Positions 12,668 through 24,755 of a stretch of 64,000 nucleotides of DNA are shown piece by piece (position 1 is the first letter of the stretch; the number at the start of each line of letters is the position of its first letter). The stretch is from assembly GCA_034780895.1 (NCBI GenBank), contig JAUZTB010000135.1, positions 40,943,145 through 41,007,144 on the forward strand, given 5' to 3'. Source of the stretch: Rhynchobatus australiae (lineage: Eukaryota). The position numbers were made by a program, and so were the translations under genes. Below the pieces are notes generated by a model, which was not told where the DNA came from, did not search any database, and saw only the letters and a list, made by a program, of their open reading frames with translations.

Positions 12668-12859
12668 ATTGATCTCACTTCCTCTACTGCCTCTCTAAGC
12701 TGTATCCAGCATGACCTTGACCTATCTCTGCAAAGCTCTCAAGCCTAAATCTCCCCATGGCTCTCACTCTACACCTTTACGCAAAGATTGGTGGATGTGA
12801 CTTTAGTTATCTGCATTCCAGGCTCTATATCTTTCTGACTAAACAAAGAATATCGATAA

Positions 12860-13060
12860 ATTGGTAAACGGGATTATTATTGTCATATGTACTGAGGTAC
12901 GGTGAAAAATCTTTGTTTTACATGCCATCCATACAGATCATTTCATTACAACAGTGCATTGATACAATACAAGGGAAAGCAATAACAGAGTGCAGAATAA
13001 AGTGTTACAGTTACAAACAAAGTGTAGTACAGGCAGACAATGAGGTGCAAGGCCATCTTG
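12860..13060 (-). mobile_element. Rex1/Babar-type LINE 3' UTR tail
   Basis: Similar to the 3' end of the ORF-containing copy at 62468-63220 (ATTATTATTGT..GCCATCCA.ACAGATCAT..AAGGTGCAAGG). Confidence 0.7.
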
Positions 13061-15929
13061 GAGTTATAGAATTTAGATTTAAAAGAGTAGAACAATTATA
13101 ATAGAAGTAATGAATAGATCTGCAGAGAGCAGCTTGCAATGAGTCAACATGCTCCAGCGCCATTGATCTCCTATTAATGTTAATTAAAGTTATATACATT
13201 AATTCAGCCCAACCAGCTAGATTGCACAATCAGCTTGAATTTATCTTTTATTGAATTGATCATGGACAACTCTGAACAGTATCACAAATAACCCTACTAC
13301 TTAATGTGGATCTTCTTACAATTGCTAAATATTGCCCTAATCTGTCAGAGTGTGCTGGAATCTATTAAGAACATAGAACATTACAGCACAGTACAGGCCC
13401 TTTGGCCCACGATTGTTACTACAAAGTAATGATTAACAGAATATCATCACCCATTTCAGTGTGTTGGATGAAATGAAAGCCTGTAATAATCTCAGAGTTT
13501 TATTGGAATATGTGCTTAAGGAAGAAAGATTGCAATGCAGCAACAGGAAGGAACATGCCTTTCACTTCTAGACATGAGCATCAAAATCATTGCCTAAAGG
13601 ATATATCTTTTTAAATGCTCCACATGGAATCTATCAATGTGTGGCCTCTGTTCCACGTTCATTGTACATGCAGATGTTGTATGATGCCATGGACTGCCAG
13701 CACCTCAAGGACAATTCCCATCATTGCCATGTCAAATGGTTATCAGTTCCATGAGACGAAGCAAGAAGGTCACCACAGGACCAATTTTCATTGTCAGAGG
13801 CAAAAGCTACAGGGAAGCACTTGGGATGCTGTGGTTGGTTTACCTTGAAAGAAGATGTCTCAGAGATAAACAAGATTTTAAATGGCTGCAGAAAGTATGA
13901 TTAAAATTATACTTTCAGATAACCCATCAGAAGAGCCTAGGTCAACTTAGGACAGATGTTAGGGGGTATTTCTATACATTCAAAGTCAAATGCAATTTGA
14001 ATGAGCGCTCAGGAAATGGTTGAGACCAAGATTCACTAAGAAAGCTGCAAGGTGCTGTCACAGGAAGACATGGTATTCCAGGGGGTGAGTTGGAATAGTT
14101 TATGAACAGTTCTCTTCATCCAGACCTATGATTTGGAAGCAACTACCTTCAAACGTGATGCAAGTTATTGACGATTAACCTTCAACAAGTAATCAACAAG
14201 TTCCAACAAAATGTAGAGATTTATTGAAATATACTTGTATAATCAATCTTAAGATAAAAGTGTTAACATAGATTTAGTTACAGATAGATTTTTATCCAAT
14301 AAGGCCCAAGGTAATGCTAGTATTAACTCTGGTAATAGAAAAAGCACTGGGCATGAAGTGACTGAATAGTGTGCTGACATGCTATTCAGCAAGTTGTTGC
14401 TTGCACATTAAACAATGGAGATCTTAAATTAGCACGGAAGATGGAAAATAAAACAATCTTATGCTAAACTATTGCTATTGTTAAGCCTTGTACAACTTAC
14501 GCAGCAACTCCTATTAGAAACCCAATTTATTCATCTTCACAAAGATCAATAAATTGGGATCCTGTGATGCAAAATTGCTATAAACATACATAAAGGGGTA
14601 AAAATTTGTCTTTTTTACTTGTTCTACATAGGCAATGGGGGAACTGACGATTCAATGTACATCCCTCTTGATATTTTGTTCTATTTACTTTACTTCAAGG
14701 GAGTGCTACCCAATATAATAGTACCCATATGTTGCTTGCAAACAATGAAAAAATTCTATCCCAAAGTAGAATTTAACAACAAAGATATAATGTTACAAAT
14801 GTTACTGTGTGAAAATAAGGAAATTTCTGCATTTTACTTAACACAATATTAATGTGCTATTATTTTCTTGGTGTAGCTTAAATTAAGTTCAGGAAACAAG
14901 CTGTCTACAGGAACAGGTTTTATTAATTGGAAAACAATTAGGATAGAAGAGCTAAAATGTTTCTTTTCCTCTTCACTTGACTTGCCTTTTTGTGCTAGCA
15001 TTTAAATCAATAACTCCTAATGACTTTTAATGCATTGACCAACTCACTATTCTTCATGTGGGAGGCAAACAGTGACAGTCAAAAAGTTCACAGCCAAGCC
15101 TGATCCTGCCCACAAACGGACAGGCATTCCAGGAGGAATCCCCGGAAAGTGATCAGGACTATGACCCTTAATAGACTATTTCACTCCTTGGTCTAGGATT
15201 TTCTGCGATTACCTCCATGCTGAACATCTTGACTCAATACAGTTAAGGAACCTAAACTGGAACCTTTCAGAAAATACTTATCAATAGCCCGGTGTACCTG
15301 TCACTTACATCTTCATGTTTGTCTAACTTTAAACATTACCTGAGCACAGGGACGTGTACAGAAATTTAAGACAACTCAGATAGACATGCTCATGAATCCT
15401 TAACGGGATGAATTTCTGCACAAGCATCTACAACCTCATGTTATGCAAACTTATTTTAGAAGGTTATTTGAGGGGTGTTGGGCTGTGGCCCACCTAGTAC
15501 AAACTCTTGCCTTTCTTTTTATGGTGAAAACATAAATTCTTCAAGTAGCATAGCAGCCAGCAAAGTCAGTAAAGGCATTCAGCTTTGAAACCCTGATATT
15601 AATTGAATGAACATTAATTTATTAAAGATGGATGATTAAATAAAACAAAAACAGCATATAAATCATGCTGGAAAGTGGTCAGATGAAAGGAAATTGAGTT
15701 TACCTGATGTGTGGTAAAGTTGTTGATGTTATATTTTCTTCCATGCTGAACAGATACCTCAGGGCTTGAATCTCCTGATAAAGGCCATTAGAAATGTTGG
15801 ACATGTCTATCCTTTGGGAGCTCTTGGGGATGTTATTCACCAAACAGAATGAGTTTTTTCCCTCAATCTTCAGGTAGGTCCCAATGACATTAAATGTTCA
15901 ATACATAACATCATTCATTGTTTCTGCAG

Positions 15930-16223
15930 GTATATGTTTGAAGGTAACAGTGGACTAGACAGGCCAAGCAATGAAAGGAAGAGTCAAGCAGGTTGCATAT
16001 ACACCTGAAATAACAATTAAAAAGATTTTCTGCACAGTGTGCATAACAGACAAGAAGACAGGTTACAAAGTGAAAGTAACCATTAACTAGATTCCCCACA
16101 CAACAAAGATAACAGTCAAAAGTACTGTCTATACTGTTCAAGCCACAGGTGAACAAATGCTCAAAGCATTGCAAGTAACAGTGAAAACATTTGCTGGTAA
16201 AATGAAAGAAGCAATGCAAAAAG
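15930..16223 (+). pseudogene. Pseudo-exon encoding an 11-mer repeat peptide (ADIRF/FAM25/perilipin/synuclein-like architecture), two in-frame TAG
   Basis: Acceptor CATTGTTTCTGCAG|15930, possible donor AAAG|GTATCT after 16223; 294 nt, phase 1-1; RTAACM recurs at 15944, 16010, 16043, 16076, 16109, 16175 (multiples of 33); TAG at 15956 and 16088. Confidence 0.55.
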
Positions 16224-16724
16224 GTATCTATGCACTGTAGAGAAACCAAAAGTTGAATAGCCCATCTATACATCAGTGTTATAAATGCAATAGGAGATGT
16301 CTAAATGGTGAGCTGTAAACTAATAATTCACTGCATCCATCATCTCTGATGTCACAATAACTACTCTGACCCGAAGATAAGCCAGCTTCTGAAATTAAAG
16401 CCCATCAGTACTCAAAATACCAGCTGTTTAAAATCCTTTTTTTAAAAAAAATCTCTGCTTCATTGGGTGGAATCTTAACAGATGTAGCCAATAATTCTGA
16501 GGGTAAACCATTAACGTTCAACCATTCCCAGGTAAGTAAACCTTGGATTGAATGCACACCTGCTGAGATACATCTGTGGCTCAGCCTCATCAATGGGCTC
16601 CGTATTGACTCCAGCAGTGAAGCCTGGATATGATGGGATTCCCTTTCAATACACTGGGAATCCATCTATGTGATCCTATGTCAGCCAAACCCACCTTGGA
16701 CTGGAATCTCCAATGGGTTTCAAT

Positions 16725-17024
16725 NNNNNNNNNNNNNNNNNNNNNNNNNNNNNNNNNNNNNNNNNNNNNNNNNNNNNNNNNNNNNNNNNNNNNNNNNNNN
16801 NNNNNNNNNNNNNNNNNNNNNNNNNNNNNNNNNNNNNNNNNNNNNNNNNNNNNNNNNNNNNNNNNNNNNNNNNNNNNNNNNNNNNNNNNNNNNNNNNNNN
16901 NNNNNNNNNNNNNNNNNNNNNNNNNNNNNNNNNNNNNNNNNNNNNNNNNNNNNNNNNNNNNNNNNNNNNNNNNNNNNNNNNNNNNNNNNNNNNNNNNNNN
17001 NNNNNNNNNNNNNNNNNNNNNNNN
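16725..17024. other. Assembly gap (300 N)
   Basis: Run of N. Confidence 1.
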
Positions 17025-17194
17025 CTGTCATCTCACTACATCTTGGATGCAACTCCTGGGAATAAAGGATAAGCCCATCCAGTTTTTTTTTAAAACTAGA
17101 CAAGGTATGTGTGAGTGAGCAGTGAGTTTAGATAGTGGGCTGAATTCAGTTTTATTTGTCACAAGGTGTTTACTGAAGCTCTCAATTCTGTAGC

Positions 17195-17355
17195 ACCCTC
17201 AGTAAAGCTCTCCACTTCACCATCTCTCTTCTCCATTAAGATGCTCTGTACCTTTGACCAAGCCACTTGTCCTAATGTCTCCCGACATCAACCAACATCA
17301 CATTTTGTCCAAATCAGTTCCTGGGAAGCACCTTGGGATGTTTTCTATTATTAAG
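17195..17355 (+). mobile_element. L2 LINE 3' end relic
   Basis: CCTTTGACCAAGC..CCTGGGAAGCACCTTGGGATGTTTTCTATTATTAA resembles L2 termini. Confidence 0.55.
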
Positions 17356-17431
17356 CAGTTGGGGATTTTTCATTAATTGTTTCTTGTTGACCACAGAAAT
17401 TTTTAAGTACTGCCAAATCTCACAGTTCGTA

Positions 17432-17728
17432 GCAGGCATGGTAATGTAGCAGTTAGCATAACGCTATTATAGCGCCAGCAACCTGGGTTCAATTCCGGCC
17501 ACTGTCCGTAAGGAGTTTGTATGTTCTCCCCATGTCTGCGTGGGTTTCCTCTGGGTGTTCCAGTTTCCTCCCACGTTCCAAAGATGTAGAAGTTAGGAAG
17601 TTGTGGGCATGTTCTGCTGGCGCCTGAAGCATGGTGACACTTGCGGGCTGCCCGCAGAACATTCTGCGCAAAGGTGCATTTCACAGTGTGTTTCGATGTA
17701 CATGTGACGGATAAGAATATCTTATCTT
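17432..17728 (+). mobile_element. tRNA-derived V-SINE, relatively young subfamily
   Basis: A-box-like GGTAATGTAGCAGTTAG, B-box GGTTCAATTCC, V-domain GGGTTTCCTCTGGGTGTTCCAGTTTCCTCCCAC, (ATCTT)n tail; closely similar to 19802 and 51463 copies. Confidence 0.92.
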
Positions 17729-19172
17729 TTAAAATGTAGCACTGAGATGGAACAGAACTTGACTTATTGATAAGATTTGAATTTTTTGGTATTTTTAAAT
17801 TTTAGTTCTGCTTTTTTCCATTTCTTATCAATGTTCATCAAAATCAGATATTTTGAATTTAATAAAACTTCATCCAAGAGAGGCATCAATGTTTGGTCTA
17901 TGTGGAGCACAACCAAGTTGAGATCAGTAATAATGACGGTCAAGTTACATACTACCTTAATTCATTCTTTGACAAAATCTTCATTGCCTTTTCATGGAGA
18001 TAAAGGACCTAATGTGGGTAAATGGGATTAGTATAGTAACTGTCTATTTGGATGTGTTGGGCTGAAGGGCTTGTTTCTGTGCCCCATTTCTGTGGCTTTT
18101 CTCTTTCACATTTGTCACATCCCTGATCAACCCATCTGACAAACAACAGAGAATAACTGTGCAGTATTTTCAACAAAACAGTAATGAAAATGTAAATTCT
18201 GCACAGTTGACATTNNNNNNNNNNNNNNNNNNATATCAATAAAAATAAATTGATTTTCCTATTAGGCCTTTGGGTGCTTTTATTTGTTTTTATCGGTTAA
18301 GACAAAGGAATGTCAACTTTATGTTCCAAGGGGGCCCCGTCTGAAGAGGTCAATACAACAAATGGCAATGCTCAGCAATTTGTCACCTTCTTTCAGATGA
18401 CCAAGAAAAACTTCATGTATGCTCTGACAGCAACTACTTCACACTTGGAAAGTGGTGCTTATGGAGGGGTGGGTGTTCACCTCCTAGGCTGAGAGGGCGT
18501 TTTGTGACTGCTAGTTACATGGAAGGTGTTAAGTGTATTGCTCTGCCAGTGTTTTAAGTTGGAGTTAACTAAAGGAAAAGGCAGTGAAAACCAGTGCTCA
18601 AGAGATATTTTAGAAGTTCAGTTTGATTTTTGGCCAGGAGCTGGGAAATAACTCTAAGATTTCAGGTAAATGTTGATTGACTTGGAGAGTAGAAAAAGTT
18701 GCCAATACAGTTAGTACCAAAATCCGTGAGCTTTTTCTGAGTAAGGAGTTGTAGTGTGTTGAAAATTTAGGATAGCATTTGTAGTTCTGAAAGGTTTACA
18801 ATGTCATCTAAAGCAAAGATGTCTGCAGTGAATTGGATCCTTCTCATCTTTTGCTATGGATTGTTAAATCAACTGCTTAGATGAGGGGAACCAAGGAACA
18901 TTTCCTTTTGTTGTGGTAACACTCTCACAACTCAACCAAGACATGGCACATGTAATAGCTACCCCATGACATTAAGGTACTAACAATCCAATTAACCTTA
19001 AAATAACTGTGGCACTTACCTTATATAGCTAATACATATGAGCCAAAAACTGATATACATGTACGACATGTTNNNNNNNNNNNNNNNNNNNNNNNNNNNN
19101 NNNNNNNNNNNNNNNNNNNNNNNNNNNNNNNNNNNNNNNNNNNNNNNNNNNNNNNNNNNNNNNNNNNNNNNN

Positions 19173-19258
19173 TGCATTCTGTATTGCTTTTCCCTTGTAC
19201 TACCTTGATGTACTGATGTGATGAAATTATCTGTGGATGACGTGCAAAACAAAGTCAA
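19173..19258 (+). mobile_element. Rex1/Babar-type 3' tail fragment
   Basis: Reverse-complement match to 12860-13060. Confidence 0.6.
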
Positions 19259-19489
19259 TAGTGCTGGTGTGTCTGGCATCTCCCATGGATCTGCTCTGGT
19301 TGCTAGTGGTGCTGATGCATCATTCTCCCAGAATCTCTCATGGAATCTCTTTGATTCTGTGCCTCAGCTTCACTCTGCCTTGCCTTTTACTCTTCAGGGA
19401 CCACTCCCTCAGGATCTTCCTGAAACCGTTATGTCTGATTATCATCTTTGTTCATGTTCATCGATATCCTGGCACACATGCTTATTCTT

Positions 19490-19700
19490 TTGGATACTCT
19501 TGAGGAATGGGTTCCACGCATCCTTCCCGATTTGTTGAATTCCTCTCCGTAGTCTGAATTGCACCCTTATCATCAAATCTTTCAGTTCCAATGCTCTGCT
19601 CTTCATTACTTCCCACACAAAGTTCCATCTCTGCTTATCTAGAGGCCTTTTCCAGAGCAACCCACAAAGCTGAGTTTTCAGAAAAACTCTGCAAGTGAAT
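19490..19700 (-). mobile_element. L1-clade ORF2 C-terminal relic
   Basis: LLWKRPLDKQRWNFVWEVMKSRALELKDL..RRG..IGKDAWNPFL fits the fish L1 C-terminal WK..W..E..LE..W.PFL pattern. Confidence 0.5.
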
Positions 19701-19801
19701 GATTCGATTAAATGTGAGATGTAATTCTCCAATGTATTCTTATAAAATAGAAGTACCTGATTTCAAATGGGCATTTGGTGAAGCATAAAGCAGCTTCTTT
19801 G

Positions 19802-20107
19802 GAGGGCACAGTAGCATAGTGCTTAGCACAATGCTATTACAGTGCCAGCGACCCAGGTTCAATTCCGGCTGCTGTCTGTAAGGAGTTTGTACATTCTCCC
19901 CGTGTCTGTGTGGGTTTCCTTCAGGTGCTCCTGTTTCCTCCCACATTCCAAAGGCATATTGGTTAGGAATTGTGGGCATGCTATGTTGGCACCGGAAGCA
20001 TGGCGACACTTGCGGGCTGCCCCCAGAACACTCTAAGCAAAGATGCATTTCACTATGTATTTCAATGTACAAGTGACTAATAAAGAAATCTTATCTTTAT
20101 CTTATCT
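19802..20107 (+). mobile_element. tRNA-derived V-SINE
   Basis: B-box GGTTCAATTCC, V-domain, tail CAAGTGACTAATAAAGAAATCTTATCTTTATCTTATCT. Confidence 0.92.
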
Positions 20108-20144
20108 GAAATAGCACATAGCTGATGAAATGAGCTTTCAGAAA

Positions 20145-20675
20145 AACAAAGTGCTGGAGGAACTCAAGGGGGTCAGGCAGCATTGGTGGAGGGAGTAAGA
20201 CAATTAACATTTCGAGCCAAGACCCTTGATCCAGACTGAAAGATAGAGGGGAGTTAACCAGTATAAAGAGGTGAGGGGAAGGGGTGGAGCAAGAGCTGGC
20301 AAGTGATAGGTGGATCTGTGTGATAAGCAGATGGAGGACGGAAGACTGGAAATAGCAACAGAGACTAGGAGGTGAAAGGTGGAGGCAACAAAAGGCTGCA
20401 GATGATGGAATCAGACAGGAAAGGAAGGTGGAGCATGGAATCAAATAAGGGAGGTGGGGAGGGCAGATGGGAACAATAGGGGGAAGGGACCCAGTGGGAG
20501 AATTGTGTGGGTGATGGGCAGATGGAGTGGGTGGGGGAGGGAAAAGAAGGGGAAAGGAACAAAGTGATGGAGGGGTCTGGGGTTGGGGTAGGAGGAACTG
20601 GGTAGATCAGAAGGAGCAAGGAAATGGACAAAGGGGGAGCAGTTTGTCTGAAACTGGAGAATTCAATGTTCAAAG
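20145..20675 (-). mobile_element. Penelope-like 3' tail / pseudo-LTR
   Basis: GTGCTGGAGGAACTCA..GGTCAGGCAGCA start, purine-rich body, ends near CTGAAACTGGAGAATTCAATGTTCA; homologous to 34040-34640 and linked to GIY-YIG coding at 35990-36600. Confidence 0.8.
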
Positions 20676-21148
20676 CAGCCACATTTCTGCAAGTAAATTC
20701 TTGGATATGGACTGCGACTGCAGGCATAACATTAAAAATGGCAAGTCACAACAAAGAGGCTCCTCAGGAAATGTTAGGTCCATGAAGGTGTTCCACAAAG
20801 TTGCACTTATACCTTTCTACAATGGTGTGTATGGTCCCTTGCTGCCCCACTTCCTTTTAATTTCTTCCACCCTTGTTGCAGTCCTCCTACACATTAATTT
20901 ATCCTCCTGATGAGGGAGATGGTAGATGACATGCTCACTAATGTGCAGGGCAATCTCTATATGAACCAAGCCACACAGTTCTATCCTTGGATGAGTTGCC
21001 CCTTGATTTCACTGAGTTCCCTTTTGAATACCAGCTCAGCCTTCACGTTATGTTACAGCCAAAGGCACTAGTTGAGCTTTCATTCCTTCACCATAACAGT
21101 GCAAATAGATAGCATCTCTACAAAAGGCAAAAATAAAAATAAATGAGC

Positions 21149-21197
21149 CAAACAAGTGCCAGGGAGGAGCAAACAAGTGCCAGGGAGTGCCAGGGAA
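21149..21197. repeat. Short 21-bp tandem duplication plus partial third unit
   Basis: CAAACAAGTGCCAGGGAG at 21149 and 21170; GTGCCAGGGA again at 21187. Confidence 0.85.
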
Positions 21198-22207
21198 ATA
21201 CGAACAGGGATTGGCTTTGTAAATACTCCCACCTCCTCCCCCAAACTAATCTTCAACCCCCACAACTTTCCTTTCCCTTTAGCTTACAATCCTTTTTTAC
21301 ACTCAGAATAAGAGGATTATTGCTGTGAAAGATAATATTATAATGCTGAATATTTCACGGTTCAAACTGAAAGTGAAGCAAGTTTTTTTATTTTGAAAAG
21401 TGCAACANNNNNNNNNNNNNNNNNNNNNNNNNNNNNNNNNNNNNNNNNNNNNNNNNNNNNNNNNNNNNNNNNNNNNNNNNNNNNNNNNNNNNNNNNNNNN
21501 NNNNNNNAACATATGTTCAAAGAAAATATCAAGAGTCTTCTGAGAAAAGAGAACTGCTTAGTAGCTCTTTAACCTCAAACTCTGGGTGGTATTTGTGTTT
21601 GAAGAATAAGGTATGGCTGTGTACATGTTGTAGATTATAGCATGGATTTAGAAGTATGCAAGGAATTCCCAAGACCTTAACATCAAGGTGAAACAGTTAA
21701 GAACAGGATTTACCTCAGGGAAACACAACAGTAGTAATTGTGCTGCAGCCAGTGAGTGGCTTTGATGTTCCACCTGCTGAGTGCTGAACAGCCAGCTGCA
21801 GGCTTACTTTCACCTGCCCTGGCATTCCTAGGGTATTATTTCATGCAACACTGGCAATGAGTGATCAGGGAAGGTTCAATCCAAGGCCTCCTGGGAAGCA
21901 GGGAGGGAGTAAATATTGCAAGGCTCATACTCACAAATCTTAACATGCACCTCATTCAATCAGTGCAGCCTCTGCCAATCAAACTGAAAGATCATGCGTC
22001 AGCACAGAAAGTGTTGCAAAAAGTGATCTCCTGCTTTTAAGCAGTTGAAGAGCATTTTTTTAAAGATGTTCGCACCAGCACCGATAATGGGACAACAGTT
22101 TAGCGAATTTCAGCGAGGAGAGTTCCTTCAGCTTTACCCTCTGTTCCTTCTGCTGGTGCAGTTTTAAGTTGGCTGATCTGACGTCTTTATTTCTCACACT
22201 TCTTATG

Positions 22208-22492
22208 AGAAAGAAGGAGGCTGTTTGACCCATCGAGTCTATACCAGCTCTCAGGGCAACCGATAAAATCCATCTCCCCATTTATATCTCACACATGCTC
22301 AAGAACTCCTGCCTGATTCTACTCCCATCCACCTACACCAGGGGTATGTCAGCATGGGCCAATTAACCTGCCAACCAACACCTTTTTTGGGATGTGGGGG
22401 GAAACCCAGGCAATCACACAGAGAATGTGCAAACTTCACATGAGGTCAGGACTGAACCAGTGAGGCAGGAGCACTAACTGTTGCACCACTCT
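22208..22492 (-). mobile_element. HE1-like V-SINE
   Basis: TTGGGATGTGGGGGGAAACC..GAGAATGTGCAAACT..CACTAACTGTTGCACCACT (reverse-complement V-domain and head). Confidence 0.75.
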
Positions 22493-22859
22493 GTTTCCTT
22501 TCTGAAAAACAGGGTGCCAAATTTCCATTCCCCTGGATGTGAAATGAAGCAACATTTCTCTTCAAAGACTCTAACCTTGGAATAAATTAACTTGCATAAT
22601 GCTGCAAAGGACAAGGACGTGCTATTGGTGGAAGTCATTATAACAGTGAAACCCACACAACTGCATGGGATCTGAGCCAGTAAGAAGAGTCTGAGCAGGT
22701 GTAGACTATGTAGCACCATAGTCTGGTGAAATATAGGAACTCCTTATTGAATCTTTCCACAAGGCAAGTTCCTCCCTGTTAGGTATACCAGGAAGCAAAA
22801 AAAAGCTTTGGAAAAGGGTGCATCCCTCTCAATTGAAAGGAATAATCCATTATTGGATG

Positions 22860-23183
22860 GATATGAACAGTCTATTTCCCAGGACTGGGGAAATCAAGAA
22901 CTAGAGCGCATAAGTTTAAGATGAGGGAGGAAAGATTTAATAGAAACTTGAGGGGCAATTTTTTTTACACAAAGGGAGATATCTATGTGGAATGAGCTGC
23001 CAGAGGAAGTGGTTGAGGCAGGTACAATAACAACTTTTAAAAGACAATTGGACAGGTACATGGATAGGAAAGGTTTAGAAGGCTACGGGCCAAATGGGAT
23101 TAGCTTGGATGGGGTATTTTGGTTGGTATGGACCAGTTGGGCTGAAGAGCCTGTTTCCGTTCTCCATAACTCTATGGCTCTAT
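22860..23183 (+). mobile_element. CR1/HER1 3' end
   Basis: WNELPEEVVEAGTITTFKRQLDRYMDRKGLEGYGPN; tail CTCTATGGCTCTATGA. Confidence 0.93.
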
Positions 23184-24499
23184 GAAGAATCTCTGTCAAG
23201 AAAGAATGCAATCACATCAGTGAAGGGATCAAAAAGGTGCAACTGAAATTGTGGTGCCAGAAATCGGAGCAAGGAGGATATAAGCAGTGTCTGAAACCAA
23301 GACATGCAGCAGCAAGTACCCATTTGGAAGAATATAAGCACGGCTGTGATTGGATGCTCCACAACCCCAAAGGGGCTTGCTGAAATAATGACAGCAAAGA
23401 TAAGTGTTGTGTCTGAGGTGTTCTTTGAAGTTGCTGCAAGGAAAATGTGCTGGAGCTCAACTGAGGCTTATTGAAGGCATCAACCAACCACTATGCTTGG
23501 AAACAAGGATTTATACCTTGTGAAATACTCCAGTCCTTGGGAGCATTCTAAGCATATATACACTACAATGAGAGAGCTGTAATTAGAACAAGAGGAAAGA
23601 TGTACAGGAAGCATATTCATTTCACCAGCTCGAACATTCAATTAATATTCTTCAGAAAAGAGGCAGCATGAATAGAAAAGTTTCCTTTTATGCAGTCACC
23701 TTTTGATTCAATGGGATGATATATTGTTCTTTGTAAATAGTGCTAAAATACAAATTCATTTCAATTGTCTCACATTCTGAGATGCAGGCCAACAAACAGA
23801 AGGTCCTCATTCTTCCTCCTGAACAGTTCTGTTCATTTCACGAACCATAACAGATTGTGGCAATAGAATCTGGAGGCTGTCACTCTGATTAACACAATGT
23901 ATTGCTCTTGCAAGAGAAGACAGAACCTGATGCTGGAAAATGCCAAGCCATTGGGGAAGGGAGCACAGATATCTGCACATTAATTCATCATGATGTGTAG
24001 ACGCTGCCAGATATTGGATTTCAGTTCTGGTCCAACAGCTGCAAATTAAATTGTGGGACTCAATATGCCTTCAATGAGTTTGAGGTTCCATGAGTTTATA
24101 TAAATTTTTCAAATTTTCCACGAGTTTATATTTATTTTTCAATGTCTCCCTATCAGCTATCAGTTTCAAGGTATCTACAAGGCCCCCATTTAGGACAAAG
24201 TAGACTCTGGGTTTTTTATCACCACAGTTTAGAAGCAGGAAAGGATAATGATGATAAGGGGATGAAGTTCCCTTTAGCTTGGGGTCTGCCCTGCTTATTT
24301 GCCCTTTCCTTTAGCTCAGAGCAATTCACACAGGAGGGGAGGGGAGGGGAAGGGGGTGGGGTGGAGATTGTGAACTACGCAGATGANNNNNNNNNNNNNN
24401 NNNNNNNNNNNNNNNNNNNNNNNNNNNNNNNNNNNNNNNNNNNNNNNNNNNNNNNNNNNNNNNNNNNNNNNNNNNNNNNNNNNNNNAACTACGCAGATG

Positions 24500-24755
24500 A
24501 ATACAAGAACATCAGGAATAGAAGCACGTATAAATGATTTACCCCTTGTGCCTGTTCCACTAATGAGGATCATATCTCAGGATCAGCTCTAGCACTAACC
24601 CCATAATCCCTCGATTCCCTTAACATTTAAAAATCTACAACTCCTGTCTTGAATACACTCAGCAACCTGCCTCTGTGGCCCTCTTGGATAAAGAAGTCGA
24701 AGGATTCATGGCACTGTGGGTGAGGAAATTTCTTCTCATCTCTGACTCCTAGTTC
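24500..24755 (-). mobile_element. Old CR1 3' end
   Basis: Same subfamily as 3595-3850 (GAAATTTCTTCTCATCTCTGAC; GATTCCCTTAA..AAAATCTA). Confidence 0.7.

Noticed and set aside
15340-15897. Short open minus-strand frames ending at GTAATG and GTAAAC donor-like sites
   Set aside because: No convincing acceptors or homology; expected by chance
15944-16223. CRISPR-like array suggested by 33-nt periodicity
   Set aside because: No conserved repeat-spacer structure, codon-like divergence, vertebrate context
17432-17505. tRNA gene (A and B boxes present)
   Set aside because: It is the head of a multi-copy SINE and continues into the V-domain without a terminator
18398-18556. Acceptor-like TTCTTTCAG followed by open frames
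   Set aside because: No homology, donor or other support
24088-24142. ~30-bp imperfect tandem duplication (similar small ones near 27377 and 42846)
   Set aside because: Ordinary slippage-type duplications with no sign of function
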